From IMG/VR virus record IMGVR_UViG_3300033550_000003, positions 1 to 63,604 of that record: DNA of 63,604 nt. One strand, 5' to 3'. Numbering within the stretch: the first letter of the stretch is position 1; every line of letters starts with the position of its first letter. This DNA is from a virus (Duplodnaviria; Caudoviricetes). The position numbers and the translations under genes were made by a program. The notes under the pieces were generated by a model. That model searched no databases. It was given only the letters and a program-made list of their open reading frames with translations, and was not told the DNA's origin. Positions 1 through 9,437 of the stretch are shown piece by piece.

Positions 1-1
1 A

Positions 2-226
2 TGGGGCGGTGGAACGGAGTACTTTGATTACCCTTTGCATCTTATGCTTAAATACGTCCCAAAAGATGATCGTAAAGAGGTAATTGAAAAGCTTTATCAT
101 CATGTCAGAAGCGGAGACTGGGACACAGTTAATGAGTCAGCTTTCTGGGATCTTCTGGTAGAATATGACATTGATGGATATGGAGCTTACAAAGATGAAT
201 TGGAAGAATGGAGGGAAGAGGATTAG
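2..226 (+). CDS. hypothetical protein, 5'-truncated by window edge
   Basis: Frame of ORF 35..226 is open back to base 2. Confidence 0.6.
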   Translation, partial: WGGGTEYFDYPLHLMLKYVPKDDRKEVIEKLYHHVRSGDWDTVNESAFWDLLVEYDIDGYGAYKDELEEWREED

Positions 227-344
227 CCTCTTCCTTCTTTTCGTTTTGATGGCAACATCAGGAATGATCCTGTGGGAGTTTGTTCGCTTCCTGATGGATG
301 TACAAGAGCTACTTGACTGGATGAGCACGATTGAAGTACGATGA
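195..344 (+). CDS. small membrane protein (49 aa)
   Basis: Hand-translated MNWKNGGKRISLFLLFVLMATSGMILWEFVRF...; hydrophobic stretch; fills operon gap. Confidence 0.5.
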   Translation: MNWKNGGKRISLFLLFVLMATSGMILWEFVRFLMDVQELLDWMSTIEVR

Positions 345-345
345 A

Positions 346-495
346 ATGAAGGTCGACATGAGAATCAAGGAGAGGTCCACGGGACGTCTTGCGATCATCG
401 GCCTGATGCGATATGGTAAGATAACAATCGTTGACCAACAGGGTCACGTAGAAGTTCTAAACAAAACAGACGCAGAAGATTGGATTAAAGCCTAA
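346..495 (+). CDS. hypothetical protein (49 aa)
   Basis: MKVDMRIKERSTG...; TAATG overlap with next gene. Confidence 0.55.
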   Translation: MKVDMRIKERSTGRLAIIGLMRYGKITIVDQQGHVEVLNKTDAEDWIKA

Positions 496-896
496 TGGGT
501 TTTTTCAGCAACGCTCGTGATCTAAAGAATATTATCGCTTTCGAAAACAGTCCGAATCGAGCAAATATTCAGGAATGGGATTGTCTTGATGACGATGCCG
601 TTGAATGGATGAATTTCTTCAAGTCTAAGGGAATTAGTCCGAAAAGCACGGATTACGATCTTAAGCGACTAGACATTGAAAATGTCTTCGAAAGTGCTAT
701 GGCCGGAAATGGTAAGACTCCAGCGGCTAAGCACAGTGGAGGCAATTGTACTCTTCGTGCAGTTGAGCTTTTCAACAAGTACGGATCTGGTAAGGGAGTT
801 CCTTACGGTGCTCCTATGCGTGAAGGTCTGCGACTGGCGATGGGCCAGAAGAGTGCTTATCCTACCAAGAGTAAGCCAAGGGGCTGCAAGCCTTGA
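495..896 (+). CDS. hypothetical protein
   Basis: 133-aa ORF in tightly packed operon. Confidence 0.7.
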   Translation: MGFFSNARDLKNIIAFENSPNRANIQEWDCLDDDAVEWMNFFKSKGISPKSTDYDLKRLDIENVFESAMAGNGKTPAAKHSGGNCTLRAVELFNKYGSGKGVPYGAPMREGLRLAMGQKSAYPTKSKPRGCKP

Positions 897-1129
897 TTGA
901 TTTACGTGTTCGCATTGAATACGATTATGTATGCAATGTAGTCGGATGCGAGGATCTTCATAGAAACTGGAGTCAATTCATTGGTCCTGTTGACAAGGGT
1001 CCATGGACTACTGATAGACTGATTCGAGAAGTGAGTAAGTCTATCATCGACAACTGCTTAGCAAATAAAGATCTTCGTATCCGAACAGTCGTTGATCACA
1101 AGGTAACTGACTACACAATCGTGGAGTGA
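893..1129 (+). CDS. hypothetical protein
   Basis: 78-aa ORF, TTGA overlap. Confidence 0.6.
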   Translation: MIDLRVRIEYDYVCNVVGCEDLHRNWSQFIGPVDKGPWTTDRLIREVSKSIIDNCLANKDLRIRTVVDHKVTDYTIVE

Positions 1130-1131
1130 AA

Positions 1132-1507
1132 ATGTTCAAAGGAGCACACAACCGATCTCTCTAAGAGGGATCGGTCTTTCCTTTCTCAGGCCATGAGTCT
1201 GAGTCTTAAGAGCAATATGAAGCAGCAGCATGGAGCTGTGCTTGTGAAGTCTGGCAGAGTCATTTCTGTTGGATGGAACACATTGAAGAACGATCCAAAC
1301 AACATCAGCGAACGACACATGAGCTACTGCTCTGTTCATGCAGAAGCAATGGCCATTGCAAGGGCTTCACAGACCGCTGGAGCAACGATTTATGTGGCCC
1401 GGAATAAGAAGGGTCAAGAACGTTTCTCAAAGCCTTGTAGGGGCTGTGAGAGGGCTATCAGCATGGCTGGAATCAGAAGGGTCGTCTATACAATAGATAG
1501 GGACTAA
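1132..1507 (+). CDS. zinc-dependent (dCMP/cytidine-type) deaminase; N-terminus apparently frameshifted
   Basis: HAE and PCxxC motifs (SVHAEAMAI...SKPCRGC), HGAVLVK..GWN; in-frame ORF 1193..1507; the ATG with an RBS at 1132 is one base out of frame. Confidence 0.8.
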
Positions 1508-2190
1508 TGAACGTATTGTTTTTGACAGGTGCAGGAATCTCTGCTAATTCTGGGATTCCCACCTACAGAGGGTCTGGATCTACTTGGACAGACCCCGAGC
1601 TTGAAAAGAAATCTCATGCCTCTAGGTATGGGAATCATCTTGATGAACTGTGGGATAAGCACTGGGGCCCCATGTCAGTAAAAATGCAGAAGGCTGAACC
1701 CACTAAGAGTCATTTGGCTATAGCTGAATTTCAGAGAAATAATCTTTGCGTTATAGCCACTCAAAATATCGATGATTTGCATGAACGAGCGAACAGCACC
1801 AGTGTTGCCCATCTTCATGGAAAGATGAAGTTGCGATGCATTCGATGCAAAGCCTCTGGTTTTGAGATAAATTGGACAGAAGGACCACCCGCTTGCCCCA
1901 ATTGCAATAGAAAAAGAACTCGACCAGATGTAGTTCTTTTCGGGGAAAGGCTCAATCAAAGACTATTCTCAGGTATGGAAGCATTTGCTCAGAATGCAGA
2001 TGCTATCGTATCTATCGGAACATCTTTGAATGTGTTTCCTGCTGCCAATTTGGTGATGAACAACGCAGGAAAATCAATCATCATAAATCGAACAAAGACA
2101 CCGTTCGACAAGTTTGCTAGAGTGGTCATACAAGACGATTGTGATGATGTGATAGAAGATGTCTTGACCTCTCTGGAAACCATGATGTAG
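1507..2190 (+). CDS. Sir2/CobB-family NAD-dependent deacylase
   Basis: GAGISA, TQNIDDLHERA, HG, CxxC..CxxC, RPDVVLFGE, GTSLNVFPAA motifs. Confidence 0.93.
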   Translation: MNVLFLTGAGISANSGIPTYRGSGSTWTDPELEKKSHASRYGNHLDELWDKHWGPMSVKMQKAEPTKSHLAIAEFQRNNLCVIATQNIDDLHERANSTSVAHLHGKMKLRCIRCKASGFEINWTEGPPACPNCNRKRTRPDVVLFGERLNQRLFSGMEAFAQNADAIVSIGTSLNVFPAANLVMNNAGKSIIINRTKTPFDKFARVVIQDDCDDVIEDVLTSLETMM

Positions 2191-2199
2191 GCTGAGGTC

Positions 2200-2412
2200 A
2201 TGTTCAAGCAACTAGAGCTTTTTCATTTTGATAAAGTTCCTTACGGACACTGTCCAGAATGTTATCAAAAGTATTCAATTGACAGGATGCATGATTGGAC
2301 TCTCTTGTGCACCTATTGCAAAAAGAGAGTGGATAAAAGCAAGTGGGAAACAGTCGTCCGACAAGATTTTCCCTACACTGTCTCTGTTGACAGCGCCAGC
2401 GTGAGCTGGTAG
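2200..2412 (+). CDS. small CxxC/CxxC zinc-finger-like protein
   Basis: CPEC...CTYC; RBS GAGG. Confidence 0.65.
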   Translation: MFKQLELFHFDKVPYGHCPECYQKYSIDRMHDWTLLCTYCKKRVDKSKWETVVRQDFPYTVSVDSASVSW

Positions 2413-2415
2413 ATT
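2387..2415 (+). promoter_or_regulatory. sigma70/HrdB-type promoter for rIIA-rIIB
   Basis: TTGACA-N17-TAGATT. Confidence 0.8.
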
Positions 2416-2450
2416 TTACATCGTACCGGCTCAACTAACCAAGGAGAATC

Positions 2451-4364
2451 ATGGAGCCTAACGCAACTTATGCAGCTATTCAGGGAAATCTGAATGGCGA
2501 AAGAATCGAAATGAGCGTTGACACCGCAAGCATGGCTCACGTGATGACGATTCTTACTGACCTATACTCTGATCCGACCATGGCTGTCATTCGTGAGTAT
2601 TCGACGAATGCTCGTGACGCCATGATTGAGGCTGGCAATGGGGATCACCCTATTGAGGTTACTCTTCCCAACGGTATGTCTCCGTATTTTAAGGTTCGAG
2701 ACTACGGTGTTGGTCTGTCCGTCGAGGACATTCGAAACATTTACTCCAAGTATGGAGCATCTACCAAGCGCTCTACAAATGAGCAGGTTGGTATGCTTGG
2801 TCTTGGCTGTAAGTCTGCACTGACTTACACTCAGCAGTTCACTGTTCGTTCTGTCAAGGACGGGATGGTTGCGCTGGTTGCTATTTCTCGTACTGAGAAC
2901 GGCTCCGGTGTGATGGAGGTCGTCAATGTTTCTCAGACTGATGAGCCTAATGGTGTAGAGATCTCTGTGCCTGTTGGTCGCAGTAATGATTTCTCTTGGA
3001 AGGCTGAGGAGTTCTTCCGTTATTGGGAGCCTGGAACGGTCCTTGTTAATGGTGCTCCTCCGAAGTCTTTCGTAGAGGATTGCGTTAAGATCTCTGAGAA
3101 TCTGTACATTAAGCACGGCACCAACAATGATTATGTTGTTATGGGTAACGTGGCATACCGAGTTAACTCTGAGAATCCTCTCTACAGGCGCTCAAACGGC
3201 TATGGTTACTACAGTCGCAACTTTGGTGTGATTGCTATTGTTCCAATTGGCTCCATCAATTTCACGCCTTCGCGTGAGGATCTTCACTACACTAAGCACA
3301 CTCTCGACACAATCAAGCAGATCCAGGAGGATGTGGAGAAGAATCTTCTGATTTCTATTCAGAAGGAGGTTGATTCTCAGAAGACTCCTCGCGATGCTCG
3401 CATTGTTGCTGAGCGATGGAATGGAATGATTCGTGGAGTGGGTAAGTTCACATTCCAGGGTAAGAGCATTCCTTCTGCGGTGGAAGTTGGTCATCTTCGC
3501 TACCATTACAACTATGGTCGAGGATCGGTTGACTTCTACAGCTCAATCGGCTTCAATCAGGCAGAGCAGTGTATCTTTGTGACTGGTTACGAAAAGGACG
3601 AGATTTCTACGGCTCATCGCCTTAAGTTCCGACTTTGGGCGAACGAGAATAATCACAACGGAAGTATTACGTTCGTTGTGACTAAGAGCGAAGTTGACTC
3701 TACGTGGTTTAAGCCTGTAGACTCCACTACGTGGGAAGAGATCTTCAAGTGTCGTCCGCCTAAGAAGAACAATGGAAAGAACGCTGCTACATACAGCATT
3801 CGAACCAGCGACGAGACGCGTTATGATCGAAACGTCACAGAGCTTCCCAAGAAGAAGTACACTGTTCTTTGGACCAGTGGTGACAATGAGATCAGGGAAG
3901 TAATCGACAAGGTTGCGCAGCTTTCCAAGGATGCTGTGTTCGTGAATCTTGCCAAGAATCGCTGGGACAAGTTCACTCGTGAGAATCCTGGCACCATGAC
4001 TCTTGCAACGTACATTGGAATCATGGTTGACAACTCTGTTGCCAATCTTTCCAAGGCGGATGCGCTGTACATCACGATGCACTATGATGAGCGTGCGGTT
4101 CTTGCTCATCTTGATGAGAACAAGGTCGATGACCCTGATCTTGCAAGTAAGATCAATGCCGCTAAGATTAAGCCTACGGATGCTGCTACGCAGTATGTTG
4201 AGGTTTATAACATGTGCCGTCGAGCGAGTTTCACGATGAATGCACTGGAAAAGGGCACGAACGTTCTTGAAACGTATCCTCTGCTTCGAGCGGTGAATGG
4301 CCTTGAGCTTTCGGTCGAACACTGCTACACTTATGCTAACGCTGTTTACAATTCCAACAAGTAA
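2451..4364 (+). CDS. rIIA: rIIA-like protein (N-terminal GHKL/Hsp90-type ATPase fold)
   Basis: LYSDP..AVIREYSTNARDA, RDYGVGLS, YGASTKR, GMLGLGCKS; upstream of rIIB-like gene. Confidence 0.85.
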   Translation: MEPNATYAAIQGNLNGERIEMSVDTASMAHVMTILTDLYSDPTMAVIREYSTNARDAMIEAGNGDHPIEVTLPNGMSPYFKVRDYGVGLSVEDIRNIYSKYGASTKRSTNEQVGMLGLGCKSALTYTQQFTVRSVKDGMVALVAISRTENGSGVMEVVNVSQTDEPNGVEISVPVGRSNDFSWKAEEFFRYWEPGTVLVNGAPPKSFVEDCVKISENLYIKHGTNNDYVVMGNVAYRVNSENPLYRRSNGYGYYSRNFGVIAIVPIGSINFTPSREDLHYTKHTLDTIKQIQEDVEKNLLISIQKEVDSQKTPRDARIVAERWNGMIRGVGKFTFQGKSIPSAVEVGHLRYHYNYGRGSVDFYSSIGFNQAEQCIFVTGYEKDEISTAHRLKFRLWANENNHNGSITFVVTKSEVDSTWFKPVDSTTWEEIFKCRPPKKNNGKNAATYSIRTSDETRYDRNVTELPKKKYTVLWTSGDNEIREVIDKVAQLSKDAVFVNLAKNRWDKFTRENPGTMTLATYIGIMVDNSVANLSKADALYITMHYDERAVLAHLDENKVDDPDLASKINAAKIKPTDAATQYVEVYNMCRRASFTMNALEKGTNVLETYPLLRAVNGLELSVEHCYTYANAVYNSNK

Positions 4365-4371
4365 GGAAAAC

Positions 4372-5301
4372 ATGCTTAACTACAGCCTTATCAGCAACGA
4401 CGGTGGCTCTAACATTACCGTCTTTTCAAATGGCCACATGTTCGCTGCGACGGACCAGCATCCTAACTGGGATGCGATCGTTCGTGGAGCGATGGCAAAT
4501 GATCCTGAGGTCATTGATCTCTTCGACGTAAGTCAGACGGCTGCGGCTCGATTCGAGCGACTTTCTGACCGTGTCACTGTGAAGAATGGTATTGTCTTCT
4601 ATGACAATGACCCTGTTCACAATGCTCTTACTGAGCAGGTTGTTCGATTCATTCGCGAGGGTGTTGAGGACTTCAATCCTCTGATCAACTTCTTCGAGAA
4701 GATTCAGAGTAACCCGAATGAGCACAGCCGCGAGCAGCTTTTCGAATGGCTGAACGTTCACGACTTCACCATCCTTCCTAACGGAAACTTCGTTGGTTAC
4801 AAGGGTGTCCGAGATGTTGACGGAAAGTATTTCAGCATTTCTCACGGTACGGCCATCTCTGATGGCGTAGAGTACACTGGTGCCATTCCTAACCCGATTG
4901 GCGCTGTTGTTGAAATGCCTCGAAGCAAGGTTCAGCACGATCCTGCGGTGGGTTGTCACACTGGCCTCCATGTTGGTACGTGGAACTACGCCCATGACTT
5001 TGCCCAGGGTGCGGTTCTAAAGATCGAGGTTGATCCTCGTGACGTCGTATCTGTTCCTACGGATTGTGGTTTCCAGAAGCTTCGTACGTGTCGCTACACT
5101 GTTCTTGAGGTTATTGATGCCCCTGTCAGTGACGCTCTTGACTACGATTACGTGGACGACGAGGATGAGGGTGATGACGAGGAGTTCTACTCCTACAAGG
5201 TCGATTACTCTCAGTTCGAGGCTAAGCCTCTGGACACTCGTACGAATCACCTTCGTCAGAAGCGTGATGCATTCGGTCGATTTATTCCGAAGCGCAAGTG
5301 A
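4372..5301 (+). CDS. rIIB: rIIB-like protein
   Basis: NFFEKIQSNP, G.FVGYKGV, VEMPRSKV..DP..GC.TGLHVG, V.PRDVVSVP.D...KLRTCRY.V; RBS AAGGA before ATG 4372. Confidence 0.88.
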   Translation: MLNYSLISNDGGSNITVFSNGHMFAATDQHPNWDAIVRGAMANDPEVIDLFDVSQTAAARFERLSDRVTVKNGIVFYDNDPVHNALTEQVVRFIREGVEDFNPLINFFEKIQSNPNEHSREQLFEWLNVHDFTILPNGNFVGYKGVRDVDGKYFSISHGTAISDGVEYTGAIPNPIGAVVEMPRSKVQHDPAVGCHTGLHVGTWNYAHDFAQGAVLKIEVDPRDVVSVPTDCGFQKLRTCRYTVLEVIDAPVSDALDYDYVDDEDEGDDEEFYSYKVDYSQFEAKPLDTRTNHLRQKRDAFGRFIPKRK

Positions 5302-5305
5302 CATT

Positions 5306-5326
5306 GGCCCCCGAAAGGGGGCCTTC
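5306..5326 (+). terminator. intrinsic terminator hairpin
   Basis: GGCCCCC-GAAA-GGGGGCC. Confidence 0.7.
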
Positions 5327-5361
5327 GTCGTTTATGGGACCACTTGTGATACAATAAAATT

Positions 5362-5913
5362 ATGAAAACATGCACTAAATGCAAAGAAGAGAAAGATCTT
5401 TCTGAGTTTGGCAAGAGATCTGGTGCACAATCTCACCTTTACAACTCGTGGTGTAAGGCTTGTAGATCAGCAGGGAATGCTGCTAGACTCAATGACAGAT
5501 ACCACAACGAGCCAGGATTCAAAGATAGAATGCAAGAGTGGAGAGATGCTAACCCTGAAAAAATCAAAGTCTCTCGGGATAAAGAGTATCAAAAACATCG
5601 GCAGGCTTACATTGATCGAGCTAATCAGTGGACAAAAGCAAATCCCGCTCTAGTTTCTCAAATTAAAAGACGATACAAGGCTAAGCGCAAGGTCTGGGAA
5701 ATGAATGGGAGCTTCACTCAGGATGAGTGGGATGCTATGTGTGAGTTCTGTGGAAACAGGTGCTTGTCATGCAGTCGTACAGATGCTAAGCTAACAGTAG
5801 ATCACGTGGTTCCGCTCTCTGTGGGAGGAACCAACGGAATTGAAAATATCCAGCCTTTGTGTGGTTCCTGTAACTCCTCAAAGGGAACAAAAACTATTGA
5901 CTATAGGAGTTAG
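5362..5913 (+). CDS. HNH homing endonuclease
   Basis: N-terminal CxxC..CxxC; C-terminal LTVDHVVPLSVGGTN..ENIQPLC..CN..K. Confidence 0.9.
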   Translation: MKTCTKCKEEKDLSEFGKRSGAQSHLYNSWCKACRSAGNAARLNDRYHNEPGFKDRMQEWRDANPEKIKVSRDKEYQKHRQAYIDRANQWTKANPALVSQIKRRYKAKRKVWEMNGSFTQDEWDAMCEFCGNRCLSCSRTDAKLTVDHVVPLSVGGTNGIENIQPLCGSCNSSKGTKTIDYRS

Positions 5914-5915
5914 TC

Positions 5916-6695
5916 ATGGCTAAGATCATGATCTGTGGAGACTTTCACGGAGACACTGGCCACGTAAAGAAGGTAATTCGTCGAGCCCATCAGATGGGCA
6001 TCAAGACAATTCTCCAAGTTGGAGACTTTGGCTATTGGTTGCATGAGGCGGAAGGCTTCAATTACATTGACACGATCAATGAGGAGCTTCGTAAGCATGG
6101 AATCAAGATGGCATTCGTTGCTGGTAATCATGAGCAGTGGGATGGTCTAGACTGGATTGAGAAGAACAATCCCAAGACGTACTCAGGTCTGACGATCGTT
6201 CGTACACACCTGCGTTACACAGGCCGTGTAAAGCGTTGGAGCATTGATGGAAAGGTCTTCCAGGCAGTTGGAGGTGCCGTTTCTATCGATAAGGCACACA
6301 GGACTGTAGGCAAGTCTTGGTGGCCTCAGGAGCAGGTTCCAGAGCGAGTAGTATATGGTCTAGAGAATGCTGGTCGACGTGCTGACTATTTGCTCACTCA
6401 TGACTCTCCGACTTGTGCACCTTTTGGTTTCCGGCTCAAGGATGATCCTGAGTCTGAGGCTCATCGTCAGCTCATGAATCGAATTGGGCGAGTTGTTCAG
6501 CCCAAGCTTTGGTTCCATGGCCACTATCACACGTGGATGGAAGCCTATCCTTTCATGCATCAGACCGGATACACTCAGTGCTACGGTCTTGAGATGAATG
6601 GTGACTTCTACAACTACGTTGTGCTTGACACTGAGACCAATGCAGTGCAGACTGCAACTGGAAAGATTAACGAGTTTGAGGAGCAGGATGACTGA
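5916..6695 (+). CDS. calcineurin-like metallophosphoesterase
   Basis: GDxHG, GDFG, GNHE, THD.P, FHGHYH motifs. Confidence 0.9.
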   Translation: MAKIMICGDFHGDTGHVKKVIRRAHQMGIKTILQVGDFGYWLHEAEGFNYIDTINEELRKHGIKMAFVAGNHEQWDGLDWIEKNNPKTYSGLTIVRTHLRYTGRVKRWSIDGKVFQAVGGAVSIDKAHRTVGKSWWPQEQVPERVVYGLENAGRRADYLLTHDSPTCAPFGFRLKDDPESEAHRQLMNRIGRVVQPKLWFHGHYHTWMEAYPFMHQTGYTQCYGLEMNGDFYNYVVLDTETNAVQTATGKINEFEEQDD

Positions 6696-6837
6696 GAAGT
6701 TCATGGGAGTTCCGCTTCCTAAGAATTTTGAATACTGGGATCACATCGAGCAGTTCTACTGGAAGTTTGGAGTTCGGGCAGCCCTAACTGCGAACGGAAT
6801 TACTCCAGAGCCGGAAACCGAAACGCCTGATAACTGA
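6688..6837 (+). CDS. hypothetical protein (49 aa)
   Basis: ATG with GAGGAG RBS, overlapping previous stop. Confidence 0.55.
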   Translation: MTEKFMGVPLPKNFEYWDHIEQFYWKFGVRAALTANGITPEPETETPDN

Positions 6838-6879
6838 TCATTGCTATAATTTGAATAAACCTGTAAGGAGGTTCAAATT

Positions 6880-7056
6880 ATGGCAGATGAGACAGCAGCT
6901 CAGAGATTCGATAGAGACTACGCTCAGGCAGCACTGCTTGACGAGGATCGTAGAGAACGTGAGCTTGACAATCAGTCACTCGCTCGACTTGTACGTCTTT
7001 ATGTTGCACCCGATGGATCTACTCCAGCGGATGACAACCACGTTGGTCCTGCGTGA
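6880..7056 (+). CDS. hypothetical protein (58 aa, MADETAAQRFDRDY...)
   Basis: Strong RBS AAGGAGG, upstream TGCTATAAT extended -10, downstream hairpin; not in supplied ORF track. Confidence 0.7.
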   Translation: MADETAAQRFDRDYAQAALLDEDRRERELDNQSLARLVRLYVAPDGSTPADDNHVGPA

Positions 7057-7158
7057 TAAAAGGGGAGGGAAAACTATTGACACCCTCCCCTTTCGTATGT
7101 AATAATTAAGTGTCATCGCCGATGACAATGAAACGTTTAGTAAGTAGATAGGAAAACA

Positions 7159-7398
7159 ATGTCTGTTGTTCTAGATTTCGATTCTGTTGACGCGTTCGTC
7201 ACCGAGCAGAAGGCCAAGGGGAATGATGTTCGATGGGATGGATGGGATCTTGTGTTCTTCCGTAAGAACCGAGATCAGCGAGGTTTTACCAGTAAGTATG
7301 GGGCTTACCGTCACAACAACTGGGGTTTTGAAACCCGAGTGACTGTGGATTCATTCGGTAAGTGGAAGGTTCCGGCTCGCAGTGTCAAGAATCCTTGA
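7159..7398 (+). CDS. hypothetical protein
   Basis: 79-aa ORF, RBS AGGA, TTGACA promoter at about 7077. Confidence 0.7.
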   Translation: MSVVLDFDSVDAFVTEQKAKGNDVRWDGWDLVFFRKNRDQRGFTSKYGAYRHNNWGFETRVTVDSFGKWKVPARSVKNP

Positions 7399-7693
7399 GC
7401 AAAAGGGCATAAGTCCTGATGAAGTTAAGTGGGAAGACTTTGCTCTATGTCAAGGTCTTCCCACTTCTTTTTTCTTTGAGACATATGAGCAAGACAAGAT
7501 CGCAGCGAAGTACGTTGACGAAATGTGTTTGCGATGCCCAGTGATGAAGAAGTGTGCAATGTCCGCAGTTAAAAACAATGGCTTCGGAGTTTGGGGTGGC
7601 ATTTATTGGAATGCTGCCAAGAAAGACGATTATCGAAACGCTCACAAGACGCCAGAAGTTTGGGAAAAGATTAGGAATAAGCTCAGTGAGTGA
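7382..7693 (+). CDS. whiB: WhiB-family (Wbl) Fe-S transcription factor
   Basis: W...ALC, FF, CLRCPVMKKC, GVWGG motif. Confidence 0.88.
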   Translation: MSRILEQKGISPDEVKWEDFALCQGLPTSFFFETYEQDKIAAKYVDEMCLRCPVMKKCAMSAVKNNGFGVWGGIYWNAAKKDDYRNAHKTPEVWEKIRNKLSE

Positions 7694-7967
7694 TTTCGAA
7701 TCAGCCAGAGAAGTATTCAAGAATTCAAAGTTTGAGCCCGGCACAGGATTTGTTGTTGACTTAGTCCACTATCCTGATACAGCCGCAGGGGTTACTAACG
7801 TAGCACTCAGAACTTATAGGAACGTGTTCAATCCGTTGTCAGAAAAGCAGCGATTGATCATAACAGAGCAAATAAGCTCTGCAATTCAAAACATTCGCGC
7901 AACGGGCGTGAATTGTATTCTGGAGGTATGGGATGCACCGGGAAATCCAGGTGGTGTTTGTAACTAG
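7686..7967 (+). CDS. hypothetical protein
   Basis: GTG start overlapping end of WhiB gene. Confidence 0.6.
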   Translation: MSDFESAREVFKNSKFEPGTGFVVDLVHYPDTAAGVTNVALRTYRNVFNPLSEKQRLIITEQISSAIQNIRATGVNCILEVWDAPGNPGGVCN

Positions 7968-8105
7968 CATCAGAGTCTACGGAATCTTGGAGGAAGAGCT
8001 TGCCTTTGCCTCCAGAGTGAAGTACTCATTGGGAGGAATAGAGTATAATGAGTATTTCGACAATGATGATATTGAGCCTGTCGGTCAAATAGGATACGAG
8101 GAAAC

Positions 8106-8336
8106 ATGAACGAAATGGTTTGTGATAGTTGTGGATCGCAGCGAAATGCTCTGACAACAAAGAGGTCAGACATTTACAAACTAATGGTATTTAGCTTTTG
8201 CAATCCATGTTCCGAAAGTAACATGGAGCCACGTTGGCTGATTATTCTGGCAGCGAGGGCGGGGAAAGACGTTACTCTTTGGCTTGAAGAGAAGCGTTAC
8301 ATTGGGGAGGATATTCTAGAAAAGGATCTGGAGTAA
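8106..8336 (+). CDS. hypothetical CxxC protein
   Basis: CDSC...CNPC; RBS GAGG. Confidence 0.65.
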   Translation: MNEMVCDSCGSQRNALTTKRSDIYKLMVFSFCNPCSESNMEPRWLIILAARAGKDVTLWLEEKRYIGEDILEKDLE

Positions 8337-8390
8337 TCCTCCCTTTTCTCATAAATTGACTTTTAACTCTGGCATGATTACAATTCTGGT

Positions 8391-8453
8391 ATGTCCAGGA
8401 GAAAGTTTTCTTTAAGTGAGCTTTACATCCTAACTACAAGGGGTGTGATGTAA
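8391..8453 (+). CDS. putative leaderless 20-aa peptide (MSRRKFSLSELYILTTRGVM)
   Basis: ATG about 6 nt after -10 of TTGACT-N17-TACAAT; TAATG coupling to next gene. Confidence 0.4.
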   Translation: MSRRKFSLSELYILTTRGVM

Positions 8454-8752
8454 TGCCAGAATTAACACCAACCTGGATTGCCTTGTTTGGAACATTAATG
8501 GGGGGTGTTGGACTTAAAATTGTCGAACACTGGCTCAGTAGGAGCAAGGTTAGAGATGATGCCGCAATGCAGATTCGATCGGAACTGCGCACCGAAATCC
8601 AGAGTTTGAAGCAGGAATTAAATGAAGCAGAGGCCGACCTCGATAAATGGCGGGGGAAGTACTATGAATTGATGGATCAATTTATCAGGGTCAAGGGAGA
8701 GCTGGAAACAGCTCTCAGGCAATTGCAGAATAACCAGTCCCCCAACAGCTAG
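8453..8752 (+). CDS. membrane-anchored coiled-coil protein
   Basis: N-terminal TM helix followed by heptad-rich region. Confidence 0.7.
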   Translation: MPELTPTWIALFGTLMGGVGLKIVEHWLSRSKVRDDAAMQIRSELRTEIQSLKQELNEAEADLDKWRGKYYELMDQFIRVKGELETALRQLQNNQSPNS

Positions 8753-8791
8753 TTGGGGGATTGTTCTTTTACTAGAAAGGCAGTGAGACGC

Positions 8792-8986
8792 ATGGAAACA
8801 GCACAGAGGGCCAATCCTCTACGCAAGCAGGAAGATCGATGTGACAAGTGTGGGGCAGAAGCTTATATGATTGCAGAGAAAGGACTGATGAATCTCCTTT
8901 TCTGTGGACATCATGGTAAGAAGTTCTCACTAGCTCTTGAACTACAGGGTTGGACAGTCCTTGACTTCACCGATGAGATCCGATAG
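8792..8986 (+). CDS. small zinc-binding protein
   Basis: DRCDKCGAEA...LLFCGHH; RBS GAAAGG. Confidence 0.7.
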   Translation: METAQRANPLRKQEDRCDKCGAEAYMIAEKGLMNLLFCGHHGKKFSLALELQGWTVLDFTDEIR

Positions 8987-8995
8987 GGTTAAGAC

Positions 8996-9211
8996 ATGAA
9001 GAAGAAGTTGAAGCAGGGCGACAAGGTAATTCTTTCCAACCACCCGGATGTTGACTGGGCCAATTTTGACGGTCTTCGTGGTACTGTGAAGATCGATCAG
9101 GAAGAGAATTCTGAGCTGGTTTGTATCCAGCCTACTGATCTTCGTCCAGACGGCCACATGCACGACTGGTTTTTCTGGGCTGCTGATTTTATGAGGCTCG
9201 ATGAGTCCTGA
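8996..9211 (+). CDS. small SH3/KOW-like protein (paralog 1)
   Basis: GDKV...G.RG.V...P...RPDG...F.W. Confidence 0.6.
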   Translation: MKKKLKQGDKVILSNHPDVDWANFDGLRGTVKIDQEENSELVCIQPTDLRPDGHMHDWFFWAADFMRLDES

Positions 9212-9434
9212 GCCTTATTACCCAAGAGAGGCTGAGCCCTCTAATTTGGAGGAAGCTGTTCAGTATGCAGCTTATTACTTCTGGCACTCTGGTTTCCGTG
9301 CGTTTGTCGCAGGATGGTGCTACGGCAATGGCATGACTGGAGTAGAGATTGCTGAGCTTCTTTCAATTGGCAAGGATAAGCTGAACCGACTGGCAACACA
9401 GGGACAGCTTGACACGGTCTTCGATTACCGATAG
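9201..9434 (+). CDS. hypothetical protein
   Basis: 77-aa ORF in operon. Confidence 0.6.
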   Translation: MSPEPYYPREAEPSNLEEAVQYAAYYFWHSGFRAFVAGWCYGNGMTGVEIAELLSIGKDKLNRLATQGQLDTVFDYR

Positions 9435-9437
9435 GGT

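Noticed and set aside
2562-5304. Long antisense ORFs opposite rIIA/rIIB, and + strand ORFs opposite the 15-24 kb cassettes
   Set aside because: Shadow frames expected from biased codon usage; no RBS or promoter support.
6851-7102. 83-aa ORF from the supplied track
   Set aside because: The overlapping frame 6880..7056 has the strong RBS and ends before the hairpin.
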